From Spirochaetia bacterium (GTDB taxonomy: Bacteria > Spirochaetota > Spirochaetia > SZUA-6 > Bin103), in assembly GCA_965198005.1 (NCBI GenBank), contig CBDAOI010000004.1:1952001-2016000 (forward strand): a stretch of 64,000 nucleotides of DNA. Reading direction: 5' to 3'. Of this stretch, positions 29,665-38,336 are shown piece after piece. The notes under the pieces were generated by a model. It was not told the origin of the DNA. It saw nothing but the letters and a program-made list of their open reading frames with translations, and made no database searches. Every line of letters starts with the position of its first letter. Position 1 is the stretch's first letter. A program made the position numbers and the translations under genes.

Positions 29665-31842
29665 TCAGGTCGCCGCGCCCGCAGCGGCAGGTTGGGCCTT
29701 GATCCTGGCAGTCAGATCCTCGGGGCTGAGGATCGTGGTGAGGAAATCGAGGTCGCTGTAGTGTGCCGACAGCCGGTACTGATTGGCAAGACCACTGCGC
29801 GCCTTGATGAGCTGGATGTACTCGTAGTCGGCGAGGGTGCGGAAGTTGTTGCGGACCTGGGCGAACGACCACGAGGTATAGGTACGGATCTGGCTGCGCT
29901 GAAAGACCACCTGCTCGGCAACGACGCCCTCCGCATCGGCTTTGTCGGTGACGTACTTCTTGATGAGCTCCAGCAACTCTCTGGCCGGCCGTGGCAGGTC
30001 ATCGAGGGTGTTGTCCAGCACGCCGTCGGAGAGCAGCTCGTGAGCGAGCCGGTAGTCGGCGACGGTGCACTCGATGTATTCGAGGGTCTCGCCGCCGTCC
30101 AACGTCAGCTGCTTGCGCTTGCGCTGGTACTGATACAGGAAGCAGATGGCGTTGATGAGCCGCAGGAACTTCTCATGGTCGCGCCGGGTCTTCAGTGTGG
30201 AGGCCGGGAAGGTCAACACCGGCTCGAGCAACCGCTGCGCGAAGTGGTGGCGCTCGGTGATTCGATCCAGACTCCGTCGCTCGAGGAAGCCGTCGACGGT
30301 GTAGTTGGTGCGCTGCCGGTCGTGGATGAGCCGGGTCTGGTCCTCTGACTCGTCGATGCCCACGACGAAGCTGCGGCTGAGGTTGTCGGGGTTCACGTCG
30401 CCTTTGGTGGTGGTCTCGGCCAGCGAGATCGGCCCGTTCACGGTGATGGTCTCGGTCTTCACTTGGGCGGTGACCGGGTCCTTCATCGGCACCGCCTTGG
30501 TGATGGAGCGCCGCGAGATGAGCTCGCGCAGCGGGTAGTCGGAGCCCTCGCTGCCGTGCTTCTCGCCGATGACGATGAAGCAGTGCTTCAGGTCGTCCTT
30601 GCCGTAGTAGTAGAGCGCCTGCGCCGACAAGTCGCTGACGCTCTCCACATCCTCGGGCGGACACAGCTGCTCGGTCACCTCCACCAGCATGCTCTTGCCG
30701 GCGCTGCTGCGCGAGATGATGATCGCATGCAGCGGGTTGTGCATCAGGCGCGAGGTCATCACCAGGTAGAGCAGGAGCTTGTTCTTGCGCTCCCGGACGT
30801 AGCCAAGCTCGGTGTAGTCGCGGTCGATCTGGTCGACCAGGTCGGAGCTCTTCAGCAACTCCATCGCGATCTGCCGTTGATGGTCGGTCAGCGCGCGGTG
30901 CTTCTCGATCACGTCGATGATCTGGGTCAGGTCGCTCTCGATCTGCGCTTGGTCGCTCAAGCCGAAGCGGTCCATCAGCTGATAGGTGAAGTTCTGTCGG
31001 TCGCGGTTGCGGTACAGGTCGATGGAATCCACGAATGCGCTCTGGTCGAGCTGGGCCTTGATGTTGGCCTTCATGCGGGTGGTGTGCTCAGCGAAGCTGC
31101 CGATGACCCGGTAGGTCACCTGTGGGAACCGAAACAGGAAGCCGCCCTCGATCTCGGTCACCGCATCTGAGATGGACGCCTCACCACCGTCGCGGTCCAG
31201 GAGTCGCTGGAGTGAGGCGCGCACCTCAGAGCTGGGCAAACCGTCGAGCTCGATGGGCACGCGACGCGCCGAGACCCCGGCGCGCGTGAGATCGGCGAAC
31301 AAACGCGCGCGTCCCTCGAAGGTGAAGGTGACAGCGCGGATGCGCTGGTCCTGTGCGAACTTCAGGTACTTGGCGTCGCTGCCGAACGGGAACGTCGTAT
31401 GCGGAAAGTCATGCTGGATGAGCGTGAGCGCGTCGAGGGCGCTCTCGACGAAGATCACCTCCCTCTGCTTGCTCAAGAAGGGGGCGTTGAAGATGCCATC
31501 CTCGCCAATCATGACCAGGGGCCGCTTGGCGCGCCGGTTCAGTTTGTATCCGACGACGTTGACGACCGTCCCTGCCTCATCGAGGACCGGAATCGTCACG
31601 CAGCCCTGCAGCACGACGCGGCCGTTCTTGATGGCGCCGCAACGCTCCAGCTCTATGCGCAGCTCCTGGTCGCGCGCCAGATGCTCGGCGACCTGGTCGG
31701 CGCAGTAGCCGAGCCGGAAGCTCTCGAATACGAACGACTCAGTGATACCGGCTCGTGCGAGCGCGGCACGTGGGCGGGGATCCGAGGCCAGCGGTTCCGT
31801 GCAGAGGCCGGTCAGCTGTTCGAGTGCGTTGGCTTGATTCAT
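29665..31842 (-). CDS. Primase-like (DnaG-N/TOPRIM-like) + P-loop ATPase replication protein, copy A
   Basis: FRLGY, IPVLD..G.VVN..G, VIFVESALDALT; Walker A-like SRSSAGKS, V.GP...ETTT, DES..QT..IH.RQR. Confidence 0.75.
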   Translation of the reverse strand: MNQANALEQLTGLCTEPLASDPRPRAALARAGITESFVFESFRLGYCADQVAEHLARDQELRIELERCGAIKNGRVVLQGCVTIPVLDEAGTVVNVVGYKLNRRAKRPLVMIGEDGIFNAPFLSKQREVIFVESALDALTLIQHDFPHTTFPFGSDAKYLKFAQDQRIRAVTFTFEGRARLFADLTRAGVSARRVPIELDGLPSSEVRASLQRLLDRDGGEASISDAVTEIEGGFLFRFPQVTYRVIGSFAEHTTRMKANIKAQLDQSAFVDSIDLYRNRDRQNFTYQLMDRFGLSDQAQIESDLTQIIDVIEKHRALTDHQRQIAMELLKSSDLVDQIDRDYTELGYVRERKNKLLLYLVMTSRLMHNPLHAIIISRSSAGKSMLVEVTEQLCPPEDVESVSDLSAQALYYYGKDDLKHCFIVIGEKHGSEGSDYPLRELISRRSITKAVPMKDPVTAQVKTETITVNGPISLAETTTKGDVNPDNLSRSFVVGIDESEDQTRLIHDRQRTNYTVDGFLERRSLDRITERHHFAQRLLEPVLTFPASTLKTRRDHEKFLRLINAICFLYQYQRKRKQLTLDGGETLEYIECTVADYRLAHELLSDGVLDNTLDDLPRPARELLELIKKYVTDKADAEGVVAEQVVFQRSQIRTYTSWSFAQVRNNFRTLADYEYIQLIKARSGLANQYRLSAHYSDLDFLTTILSPEDLTARIKAQPAAAGAAT

Positions 31843-31941
31843 ATGGGCTCCCCATATACAGGACGTAGTAGTACCCTATATAGGAGTGCGTGGCAACCCT
31901 TGCGGTACAATTTGTCGCACGATTGTGCGTATGCTGCAGCT

Positions 31942-32310
31942 ATGGCTTCGCTCGGCACCCACCTCAAGGGCCTCCGAAAGCAGTCCGGGCTCTCCTACCG
32001 CCGGCTCGCCGATGCGGTCGGCATCTCCCACAACAACCTCGCCTCCTATGAGGCCGACCGCGTCATGCCCTCGTTCCAGAACGCGGTGAAGCTGTGTCAG
32101 TTCTTCAACGTCCCCCTCGAGTATCTGCTGGTCGGTCAGAAGGCCGACTTCCGCTATCACGACCTCAGGCTCGCCGAGCTGTTCCTCCAGGCCGATGCGC
32201 TGCCGGCCGAGTACCGCACCATCATCAAGGCGTACCTGCGCAGCGTGATGACGCACGCGGCCGAGAAGGAGCGCCTGATCGCTAGCGCCGCCGAGCCGGA
32301 GCTGCCGTAG
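31942..32310 (+). CDS. XRE-family HTH regulator, copy A
   Basis: LKGLRKQSGLSYRRLADAVGIS...YE..R..PS.....KL..FF.V.LEYL; divergent from the primase gene. Confidence 0.9.
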   Translation: MASLGTHLKGLRKQSGLSYRRLADAVGISHNNLASYEADRVMPSFQNAVKLCQFFNVPLEYLLVGQKADFRYHDLRLAELFLQADALPAEYRTIIKAYLRSVMTHAAEKERLIASAAEPELP

Positions 32311-32410
32311 GGAGAGGAAACCGAGAGCGCAGATCGCGCGAAGAAAGTGCTTGACTGCTGGGAACCGAGTGCGAAAGCGCCTGGCAACCAAGTACCAGGA
32401 GGTGCGATCG

Positions 32411-33007
32411 ATGGTGAGCTTTCAGGTTTTCGGTCAGCCGGCGCTGCGGTTCAAGGTGGCGGCGCGCGCGGTGCTGTTTGCCGGCAGCCGCCGCGGGCAG
32501 GTGGAGCAGCCGGTCTGCCGCGCGCTGGTCGAGCGGTTCCGCCGCCACGGGTTCGGGTTCTTCGTGGGCTGCGCGACCGGCGTCGATGCGGCGTTCCGCG
32601 CGGCGCTGGCCCACTCAGCGTGCGGCCCCGACGAGGTGTTCGTCGGCTGCGCGTTCGGCCAGCGCGCACGGCGCTGCCGGGCCGAGGGGCTGTTCGCCTC
32701 GGCGGTGGTGCCCGAGGGCATCCCGCCCCGGGCGGCGCTGGCGCGGCGCACCCTGTGGCTGGTCAAGCGCAGCTCGCTGGTGGTGCTGTTCCCCGAGCGG
32801 CCCGCCGACCGGCAGTGGGGTCCGGGCTCGCGGCTTGCCTATCGCTCGGCGCTCTACCACCTCAAGCCGACCTTCGTGGTGGCCTCACGGCCGCCTGTCG
32901 CTCCGGCGTTCTGTCAGGTGGTGGCCGCCGACCTGTTCGCCACGGTCGACGGCTACTGGGTGGTGCCGCACACCTTCCGCGACGGCCTCTGCGACGACGA
33001 GTACTGA
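32411..33007 (+). CDS. SLOG-superfamily (DprA/YspA-like fold) protein, copy 1
   Basis: AGGAGG RBS; VLFAGSR, VGCATGVD, ARRT..LV..S..VVLF, GPGS, KP.FVV. Confidence 0.7.
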   Translation: MVSFQVFGQPALRFKVAARAVLFAGSRRGQVEQPVCRALVERFRRHGFGFFVGCATGVDAAFRAALAHSACGPDEVFVGCAFGQRARRCRAEGLFASAVVPEGIPPRAALARRTLWLVKRSSLVVLFPERPADRQWGPGSRLAYRSALYHLKPTFVVASRPPVAPAFCQVVAADLFATVDGYWVVPHTFRDGLCDDEY

Positions 33008-33036
33008 GGGTCCAGATCGGAGCATCCGCTTCCCGC

Positions 33037-33203
33037 TGACCGGCAAGGCCACGCCCATGCACAGCCCGGCGCTCGCCGACCTGCTCGGTCGCCTTCCGGC
33101 CCCCCCTCCGGACCAAGAAGCAGCCCACAGCCCCCGACCTCGTGTCGTGGTCTGTGGGCCGTATGCCACCCGTGGCGCCAGGGAGGGCGCCACGGGTGGA
33201 GGT
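33037..33203 (+). repeat. Dispersed ~170 bp repeat ending in a 14-bp-stem hairpin (about 7 copies in the window)
   Basis: CCACCCGTGGCGCC-AGGGAG-GGCGCCACGGGTGG at 33166, 41692, 42502, 48000, 48553 and 54380, partial at 35352. Confidence 0.85.
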
Positions 33204-33551
33204 TGCTGGATACGGACTCTGCCGCGGCCGATGAAGCGGCGACACCACCGTGATCCGCGCCGGCACCACCGGCCAACTGTCACTAACGGTGCGCCCGCGA
33301 CATCAGCACAATGGCGATACGTGCGATCCGGCAAAAGGGCCCATTGGCCGATTCAGAACGTGCGCGAAGGCCCCTTGTTCGCGACCGACCGTGTCTGCCC
33401 ACGAACGGACGACGCGTCAGTCGTGTGATGAGGTACATAGTGCCCGGCTTCGCTGTGACGACGAGTATGGAGAGTGCACCGATGAGAGACGTACGAGAGA
33501 TCAGCGTCGATGAGGCGCCGACGTCGCAGTTCAGGCAGCCGAAGCCGGAGC

Positions 33552-33875
33552 ACTGCCTGCGCCGCTCGTCATCGACCACCTCGGCCGCTTTGTGCCGCCG
33601 GTCGGCGTCGATCACTCCACCTTTCGGTTGTTGCTACGCCTCGTCAGTGGCGGCAGGTGCTGGGTCAAGCTGTCGGCGCCATACGAGTCGTCTGCGGCCG
33701 GCAACCGCTGTTGCCAATCTACGCGCCACGGCCCGCGAGCTCGTGCGAGCCGCGCCGGAGCGGCATGCTGTGGGCGAGCAACTGGCCGCACCCGAACCAT
33801 TGCGGCATCTACGACGATGCCATGCTCCTTGACCTGTTGCTCGGCTGGGCCGACGACGAAGGCACCCGCTGTCGC
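33552..33875 (+). pseudogene. Amidohydrolase (PDC-hydrolase-like) C-terminal remnant
   Basis: VIDHLGR, WVKLSAPY, PERMLWASNWPHP across frameshifts. Confidence 0.7.
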
Positions 33876-33889
33876 AGCAGCTCGAATGG

Positions 33890-34168
33890 TCAGACCCCGA
33901 TTGTCTCGGCAGCGATCACGCTCTCCCTCAGGTCTTCGATGGACTGCAGCGCCTCTTCGCGAGACCGGAATGGGCCACGCGAGAAAACGACTTCCCCAGT
34001 CTCGAGCTTGAGAGAAAAGGTGTACTCGTCATTCTCATTCTGTGAGATTTCAAAGCTCGCCGGGTGTGGCACGTGATCCAAAGCGATCACAAACCGCTTG
34101 GGTTGTCCAGGGCGGTAGAAGACACCTCGTTTGCCACCTGTGAAGTCGTATTCGTCGCGCATAACCAT
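33890..34168 (-). CDS. Putative antitoxin with BrnA-like N-terminus and YegP/DUF1508-like C-terminus
   Basis: MRDEYDFTGGKRG.FY, then FEI...EYTFSLK..TGEVV...F.SREEA..SI; directly after BrnT. Confidence 0.55.
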   Translation of the reverse strand: MVMRDEYDFTGGKRGVFYRPGQPKRFVIALDHVPHPASFEISQNENDEYTFSLKLETGEVVFSRGPFRSREEALQSIEDLRESVIAAETIGV

Positions 34169-34169
34169 A

Positions 34170-34463
34170 CTACCCCTCAGTATACTCCTTTCGTTCCGCG
34201 GCGGTCGCCGGCCGAGAAGAGATGATCCGAATCAACTCGTCGTTCTCTTTCTTGTACGCGTGGGTGTAGACCACGACGAGTAGCCGATTTGATGATGCCC
34301 GTCCACTGGTGATCCATCGCTCTTCCTCAGGCGTGGAGTGCTGTGCATCAGGAACGGTGAGGGCAAGAGGGTCATCGAACACGCTGGTTGCCTCAAAGAA
34401 GTTCACTCCGTGCTTACGCTCATTTGAGATTGCCTTCCTATCGTCCCATTCAAACGTAATCAT
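34170..34463 (-). CDS. BrnT-family toxin
   Basis: FEWDDRKA.SNERKHGV.F.EA.SVFDDP, EERW, IRIISSRPAT. Confidence 0.88.
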   Translation of the reverse strand: MITFEWDDRKAISNERKHGVNFFEATSVFDDPLALTVPDAQHSTPEEERWITSGRASSNRLLVVVYTHAYKKENDELIRIISSRPATAAERKEYTEG

Positions 34464-34716
34464 CAACGTGCTCGCAGATTGAGGTTCCGATCATACTCGA
34501 CAGACGGCGTCCACTGGTGATCCATCGCTCTTCCTCAGGCGTGGAGTGCTGTGCATCAGGAACGGTGAGGGCAAGAGGGTCATCGAACACGCTGGTTGCC
34601 TCAAAGAAGTTCACTCCGTGCTTACGCTCATTTGAGATTGCCTTCCTATCGTCCCATTCAAACGTAATCATCAACGTGCTCGCAGATTGAGGTTCCGATC
34701 ATACTCGACAGACGGC
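34301..34716. repeat. 208-bp tandem duplication covering the 5' part of brnT and its upstream region
   Basis: 34301-34508 matches 34509-34716. Confidence 0.9.
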
Positions 34717-34756
34717 GCGGTTGAGACGCCAGCCGCGATGATTGCTGAGGTGAGGC

Positions 34757-35010
34757 TACCAGACCTCCGACAGGTCGACAGCAACGTCCGCGGGCGTCGC
34801 CAATACCACCCGATCGGTGTGAGCGCCACGCCCCACGTGGTTACCCGGTTCCGGATGATAGACCAAGACCTGCTGTGCGTCGGGATCGGCTCGGTGAGAT
34901 TCGCCCGACATGCATCCGGCTGCACCACGTCGAATGGTGATAGCTGCACGTCGAACGGCGCGTCGAACAACGCGCCGCGGCCGCTGGCCTCCAGTTGTTG
35001 GTAGTTTCGT
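34757..35010 (-). pseudogene. Uma2-family endonuclease remnant
   Basis: G.LFDAPFDVQLSPFDVVQPD and C-terminal VDLSEVW*. Confidence 0.55.
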
Positions 35011-35069
35011 GACTCGGACTCCGGACGCCGCCCCGAGCTTTCCATTGGACAGCCAAACGCTCGCCCTCT

Positions 35070-35363
35070 ATGGCGCGGGAACGCCTGTGCTGGGCGCGCG
35101 GCGGATCGCGTCCGACGGGACGCACGAACGGACGAACCGTCAGTTACCTGTGCACTTCGCCGACTGGGTCTGCGGTGCCCGATGATGCGCCGACACTACG
35201 ACGCCAGGCGCCGCCTCGAGCTGACCGGCCACGTCACGCCCATACCCACCCCAGCGCTGGTTGACCTGGTCGGCCGCGTTCCGGGCGCGCCTCCGGAATA
35301 GCCAACGGGCTCCCAGCCCCCGACGTCCTGTCGCGGCCTGGGAGCTACATGCCACCCGTGGCG
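35070..35363 (+). repeat. Outer inverted-repeat arm of ABC cassette 2 (partner about 41712-42006)
   Basis: ATGGCGCGGGAACGCCTGTG...GTTACCTGTGCACTTCGCCGACT...TTGACCTGGTCGGCCGCGTTCCGGGCGCGCCTCCGGAATAGC...ATGCCACCCGTGGC, inverted at 41712-42006. Confidence 0.8.
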
Positions 35364-35512
35364 GCACGGCGGCGTCATCCCGGCCCGAGCGAAGGGTCGG
35401 CATCAAGAATCTCGGCGTCGGGGTAGAGGTGATCAATCGGTGCCCCGTGCGGTTGCAGCGCCGGCGTCCAACGCCTCGATGGCCGGGCGACCTCAGCTCG
35501 GGGTGAGCTGGC

Positions 35513-36463
35513 CTATGGCCGTGCCGAGGCGGCGGCACCGTAGCGGCCGAGGCGGCCGCGCAGCCGCGGGTCGAGCAGGTCGCGCACCGCGTCACCGAAC
35601 ATGTTGAGGCTGTAGACGACGACGGTCAGGCACAGCCCCGGCCACAACGCCAGATGAGGCGCTACCTCCATGTACCGCCGCCCCTCGCGGCTGAGCATGC
35701 CGCCCCAGCTCGGTATGTCCGGCGGCAGGCCGAAGCCGAGAAAGCTCAGCGCCGCCTCCGACATGATCACCCCGCCGACGTTGATGCTGAAGATGATGAT
35801 GATGGGCGCGGCGATGTTGGGCAGCACGTGGCGCAGCAGCGAACGCCGGCGCGAGCTGCCGATTGCCTGCGCCGCCTGGAAGTAGACGTTCTCCTTCACC
35901 CCCAGCACTGCGCCGCGCACCACCCGCGAGGCCGGGATGCCGCCCGACACCCCCAGCACGATGATGATCTGCGCCATCCCGCGGCCGGCAATCGACATGA
36001 TCGTCAGCAGCAACAGCAGCCCCGGGAACGCTATCCAGGCGTCGACGAAGCGCTGCGTCACCAGGTCCAGCCGCCCGCCGATGAAGCCGGTGGTGCCGCC
36101 GATCAGCACCGCCACCACGACGTTGAGGGCCGTGGCGGCCAGCCCCACCGTCAGCGACAGTCGCGCACCGTGGATGAGGCGGCTCAGCAGGTCGCGCCCC
36201 ACGTGGTCGGTGCCCAGCAGGTACTGGGCCGAGGGGGCCTGCAGGCGATCGCGCAGATGGATTTCCTCGAAGCGATAGGGCGCCAGCCCATCGGCGAAGA
36301 TGCTGACCAGCACCAGGAGCAGGATGACGATGCCGCCGGCGGTGCCCAACGGCTGCTCACGCACCAGCCGGCCGAAGAACCGCCGCGCTCCAGCCTGCCC
36401 AGCCGCAGCCGCCCCAGCGGCCGGCTCGGCGCCGGCCGGCGTCAGCTGTGATACGTCACCCAC
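35513..36463 (-). CDS. ABC permease, OppC/DppC type
   Basis: LGTDHVGRD, HVLPN, SFLGFG, SWG, GDAVRDLLDPR. Confidence 0.92.
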   Translation of the reverse strand: MGDVSQLTPAGAEPAAGAAAAGQAGARRFFGRLVREQPLGTAGGIVILLLVLVSIFADGLAPYRFEEIHLRDRLQAPSAQYLLGTDHVGRDLLSRLIHGARLSLTVGLAATALNVVVAVLIGGTTGFIGGRLDLVTQRFVDAWIAFPGLLLLLTIMSIAGRGMAQIIIVLGVSGGIPASRVVRGAVLGVKENVYFQAAQAIGSSRRRSLLRHVLPNIAAPIIIIFSINVGGVIMSEAALSFLGFGLPPDIPSWGGMLSREGRRYMEVAPHLALWPGLCLTVVVYSLNMFGDAVRDLLDPRLRGRLGRYGAAASARP

Positions 36464-36486
36464 GGGCTTCCCTCATTGCTTTTGCC

Positions 36487-37488
36487 TCACTCGTAGCGAA
36501 TCCGCGGGTCCAGCGACGCGTACAGCAGATCGGTCAGCAGGTTAACGAACACCACCACCGTGGCGAAGAACAGGTTCACCCCCGACACCACCGGGTAGTC
36601 GCGGTCATTAAGCGCATGAAGCATCAGCCGCCCCAGCCCCGGCAGGTTGAAGATGTTCTCGATGATGACCGAGCCGCCCACCAGGATCGGCAGCTGCATG
36701 CCCACCAGCGTCACCACCGGGATGATGGCGTTCTTGACCGCGTGGCGTAGGATCACCGACCGCTCCAGCAGACCCTTGGCCCAGGCAGTGCGAATATAGT
36801 CCTGCCGCAGCACCTCCAGCATCATGGTGCGCGTCATGCGCATGGTGCTGGCCGACAGGTAGGTGCCAAGGATCAGGCTAGGGATGAGGAACATACCGAG
36901 GTTGCCGAGTGGGTCTTCCGTGAAAGGAACCCACTTCATCGGTGGCGACCAGGCCCACCAGATGGCCGGGTAGATCATCACCATCGTTCCCAGCCAGAAG
37001 TTGGGCGTCGCCAGCCCCATGATGGCGACCGACCGCCCCACGTAGTCGGCGGCGGTGTACTGGCGCACCGCCGAGTAGATGCCGACCGGCAGGGCTATCA
37101 CCAGCCCGATTACGATTGCCATGACACCGAGCTCAATGGTTACCGGCAATCTACTTAATATCTTCTCCTCTACCGTCCAAGTGCCAAGCAGTGATTTGCC
37201 AAGGCTACCCTGGAGGAGACCTTTAAACTGGGACTCACCGGTAACCCAGTCAGCGGTCGGCAACACTCCTATCCAGCGTCCATACTGCACGTAGACGGGC
37301 ACGTCTAATCCCAGTATACGCATAACAGCTTCACGGTCAATCACCCCCGCTGCTTGCAATTCCTGCCTACCCACCATTACGTCTATTACATCGCCGGGGA
37401 TGAAGCGCACCGAGAGAAAGACCAGGATGCTCAATATGAACAAGGTGGAGATTATGAGCAATAACCGCCTGATGATATAGGCTCTCAT
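36487..37488 (-). CDS. ABC permease, OppB/DppB type
   Basis: MRAYIIRR, PGD, TPNFW, QDYIRTAWAKGL, LDPRIR. Confidence 0.92.
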   Translation of the reverse strand: MRAYIIRRLLLIISTLFILSILVFLSVRFIPGDVIDVMVGRQELQAAGVIDREAVMRILGLDVPVYVQYGRWIGVLPTADWVTGESQFKGLLQGSLGKSLLGTWTVEEKILSRLPVTIELGVMAIVIGLVIALPVGIYSAVRQYTAADYVGRSVAIMGLATPNFWLGTMVMIYPAIWWAWSPPMKWVPFTEDPLGNLGMFLIPSLILGTYLSASTMRMTRTMMLEVLRQDYIRTAWAKGLLERSVILRHAVKNAIIPVVTLVGMQLPILVGGSVIIENIFNLPGLGRLMLHALNDRDYPVVSGVNLFFATVVVFVNLLTDLLYASLDPRIRYE

Positions 37489-37514
37489 GTGATACACCTG
37501 ATTGCGATTCCCCC

Positions 37515-38230
37515 CGTCATTCCGGCGAAAGCCGGAATCCACTTAGACAATCTCGTCGCCTTCTCTCCCCCCATCATTGCGGTGAAAAACCTGCCCCGGA
37601 CTGGATCCGGGGCCGCAATCCACTTAGACAATCTCGTCATATCCCGACACGTCGGGATCGGGACGAAGGGTCTGGGGAGTGTGGGGGGCTGCGATCCCAT
37701 GCGTCGGCCAAATCTTCCCAGTAGGGATTCAACGATTCAAAAAGGGCGACCTTCTTGCTGCGGAGCCAGCCTTTAATCTGTTTCTCCCGCGCAATTGCCG
37801 ACTCGACGTCGTCTGTAGCCTCGTAATGCACGAGCTTTGAGATGTTATACCTCTTAGTAAAACCGTCCACCACCTTGAGGCGGTGTTCATACACTCGACG
37901 CGTCAGGTCGTTGGTCACCCCAGTGTAAAGCGTTCCTCTATAGCTGGCCATGAGGTAAACGTAGTACTGGCTCATTACCTGTCTAAGCCCCCGCACCCAG
38001 AACCGCTCCTCCGCCTTAGGCGGATCATGAACGATGAAAATGGCTGTGCATTTGTCACCCTGAGTCCTTCCAGGAAGGACGAAGGGTCTGGGGCGGTGCG
38101 CAGTTTCCATTGGCGGGGTGGCCTCGCATTGCATACGAGCCACACGCCCCCGACCCCAGATTCTTCGCCTGCGGGCTCAGACGCCGTCCTGAGCCTGCCG
38201 AAGGAATGACATTTTATCAGGAATGACGGC
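37515..38230. repeat. (C/T)GTC-tagged REP-like palindromes flanking a GIY-YIG gene
   Basis: CGTCATTCCGGCGAAAGCCGGAATCCA (37515), GTCATATCCCGAC..GTCGGGAT..GACGAAGGGTCT (37636), TGTCACCCTGAG..GACGAAGGGTCT (38053), AGATTCTTCG..AATGAC (38158-38230). Confidence 0.7.
37637..37975 (-). CDS. Small GIY-YIG nuclease
   Basis: YYVYLMAS..GTLYTGVTNDL.RRVYEH, FTKRY, AIAREKQIKGW.R.KK..L...NP.W.DL. Confidence 0.9.
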   Translation of the reverse strand: MSQYYVYLMASYRGTLYTGVTNDLTRRVYEHRLKVVDGFTKRYNISKLVHYEATDDVESAIAREKQIKGWLRSKKVALFESLNPYWEDLADAWDRSPPHSPDPSSRSRRVGI

Positions 38231-38269
38231 TCCCTCCCAAGTGTCTCTCAGGCAGTCATCAATGACTAT

Positions 38270-38306
38270 GGGAGCTGGGAAGCTTGAGCCTCCCAGCTCC
38301 CTTTTT
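38270..38306. terminator. Hairpin downstream of SBP 2 (T-run on the + strand)
   Basis: GGGAGCTGGGA..TCCCAGCTCCC followed by TTTTT. Confidence 0.55.
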
Positions 38307-38336
38307 CCCTAAGGTGAGCCACAAGGGGTGAACCCA

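Noticed and set aside
33400-33432. Hammerhead ribozyme in the ...GTGATGAG repeat
   Set aside because: Core reads GTGATGA rather than CTGATGA and no matching GAAA arm was found
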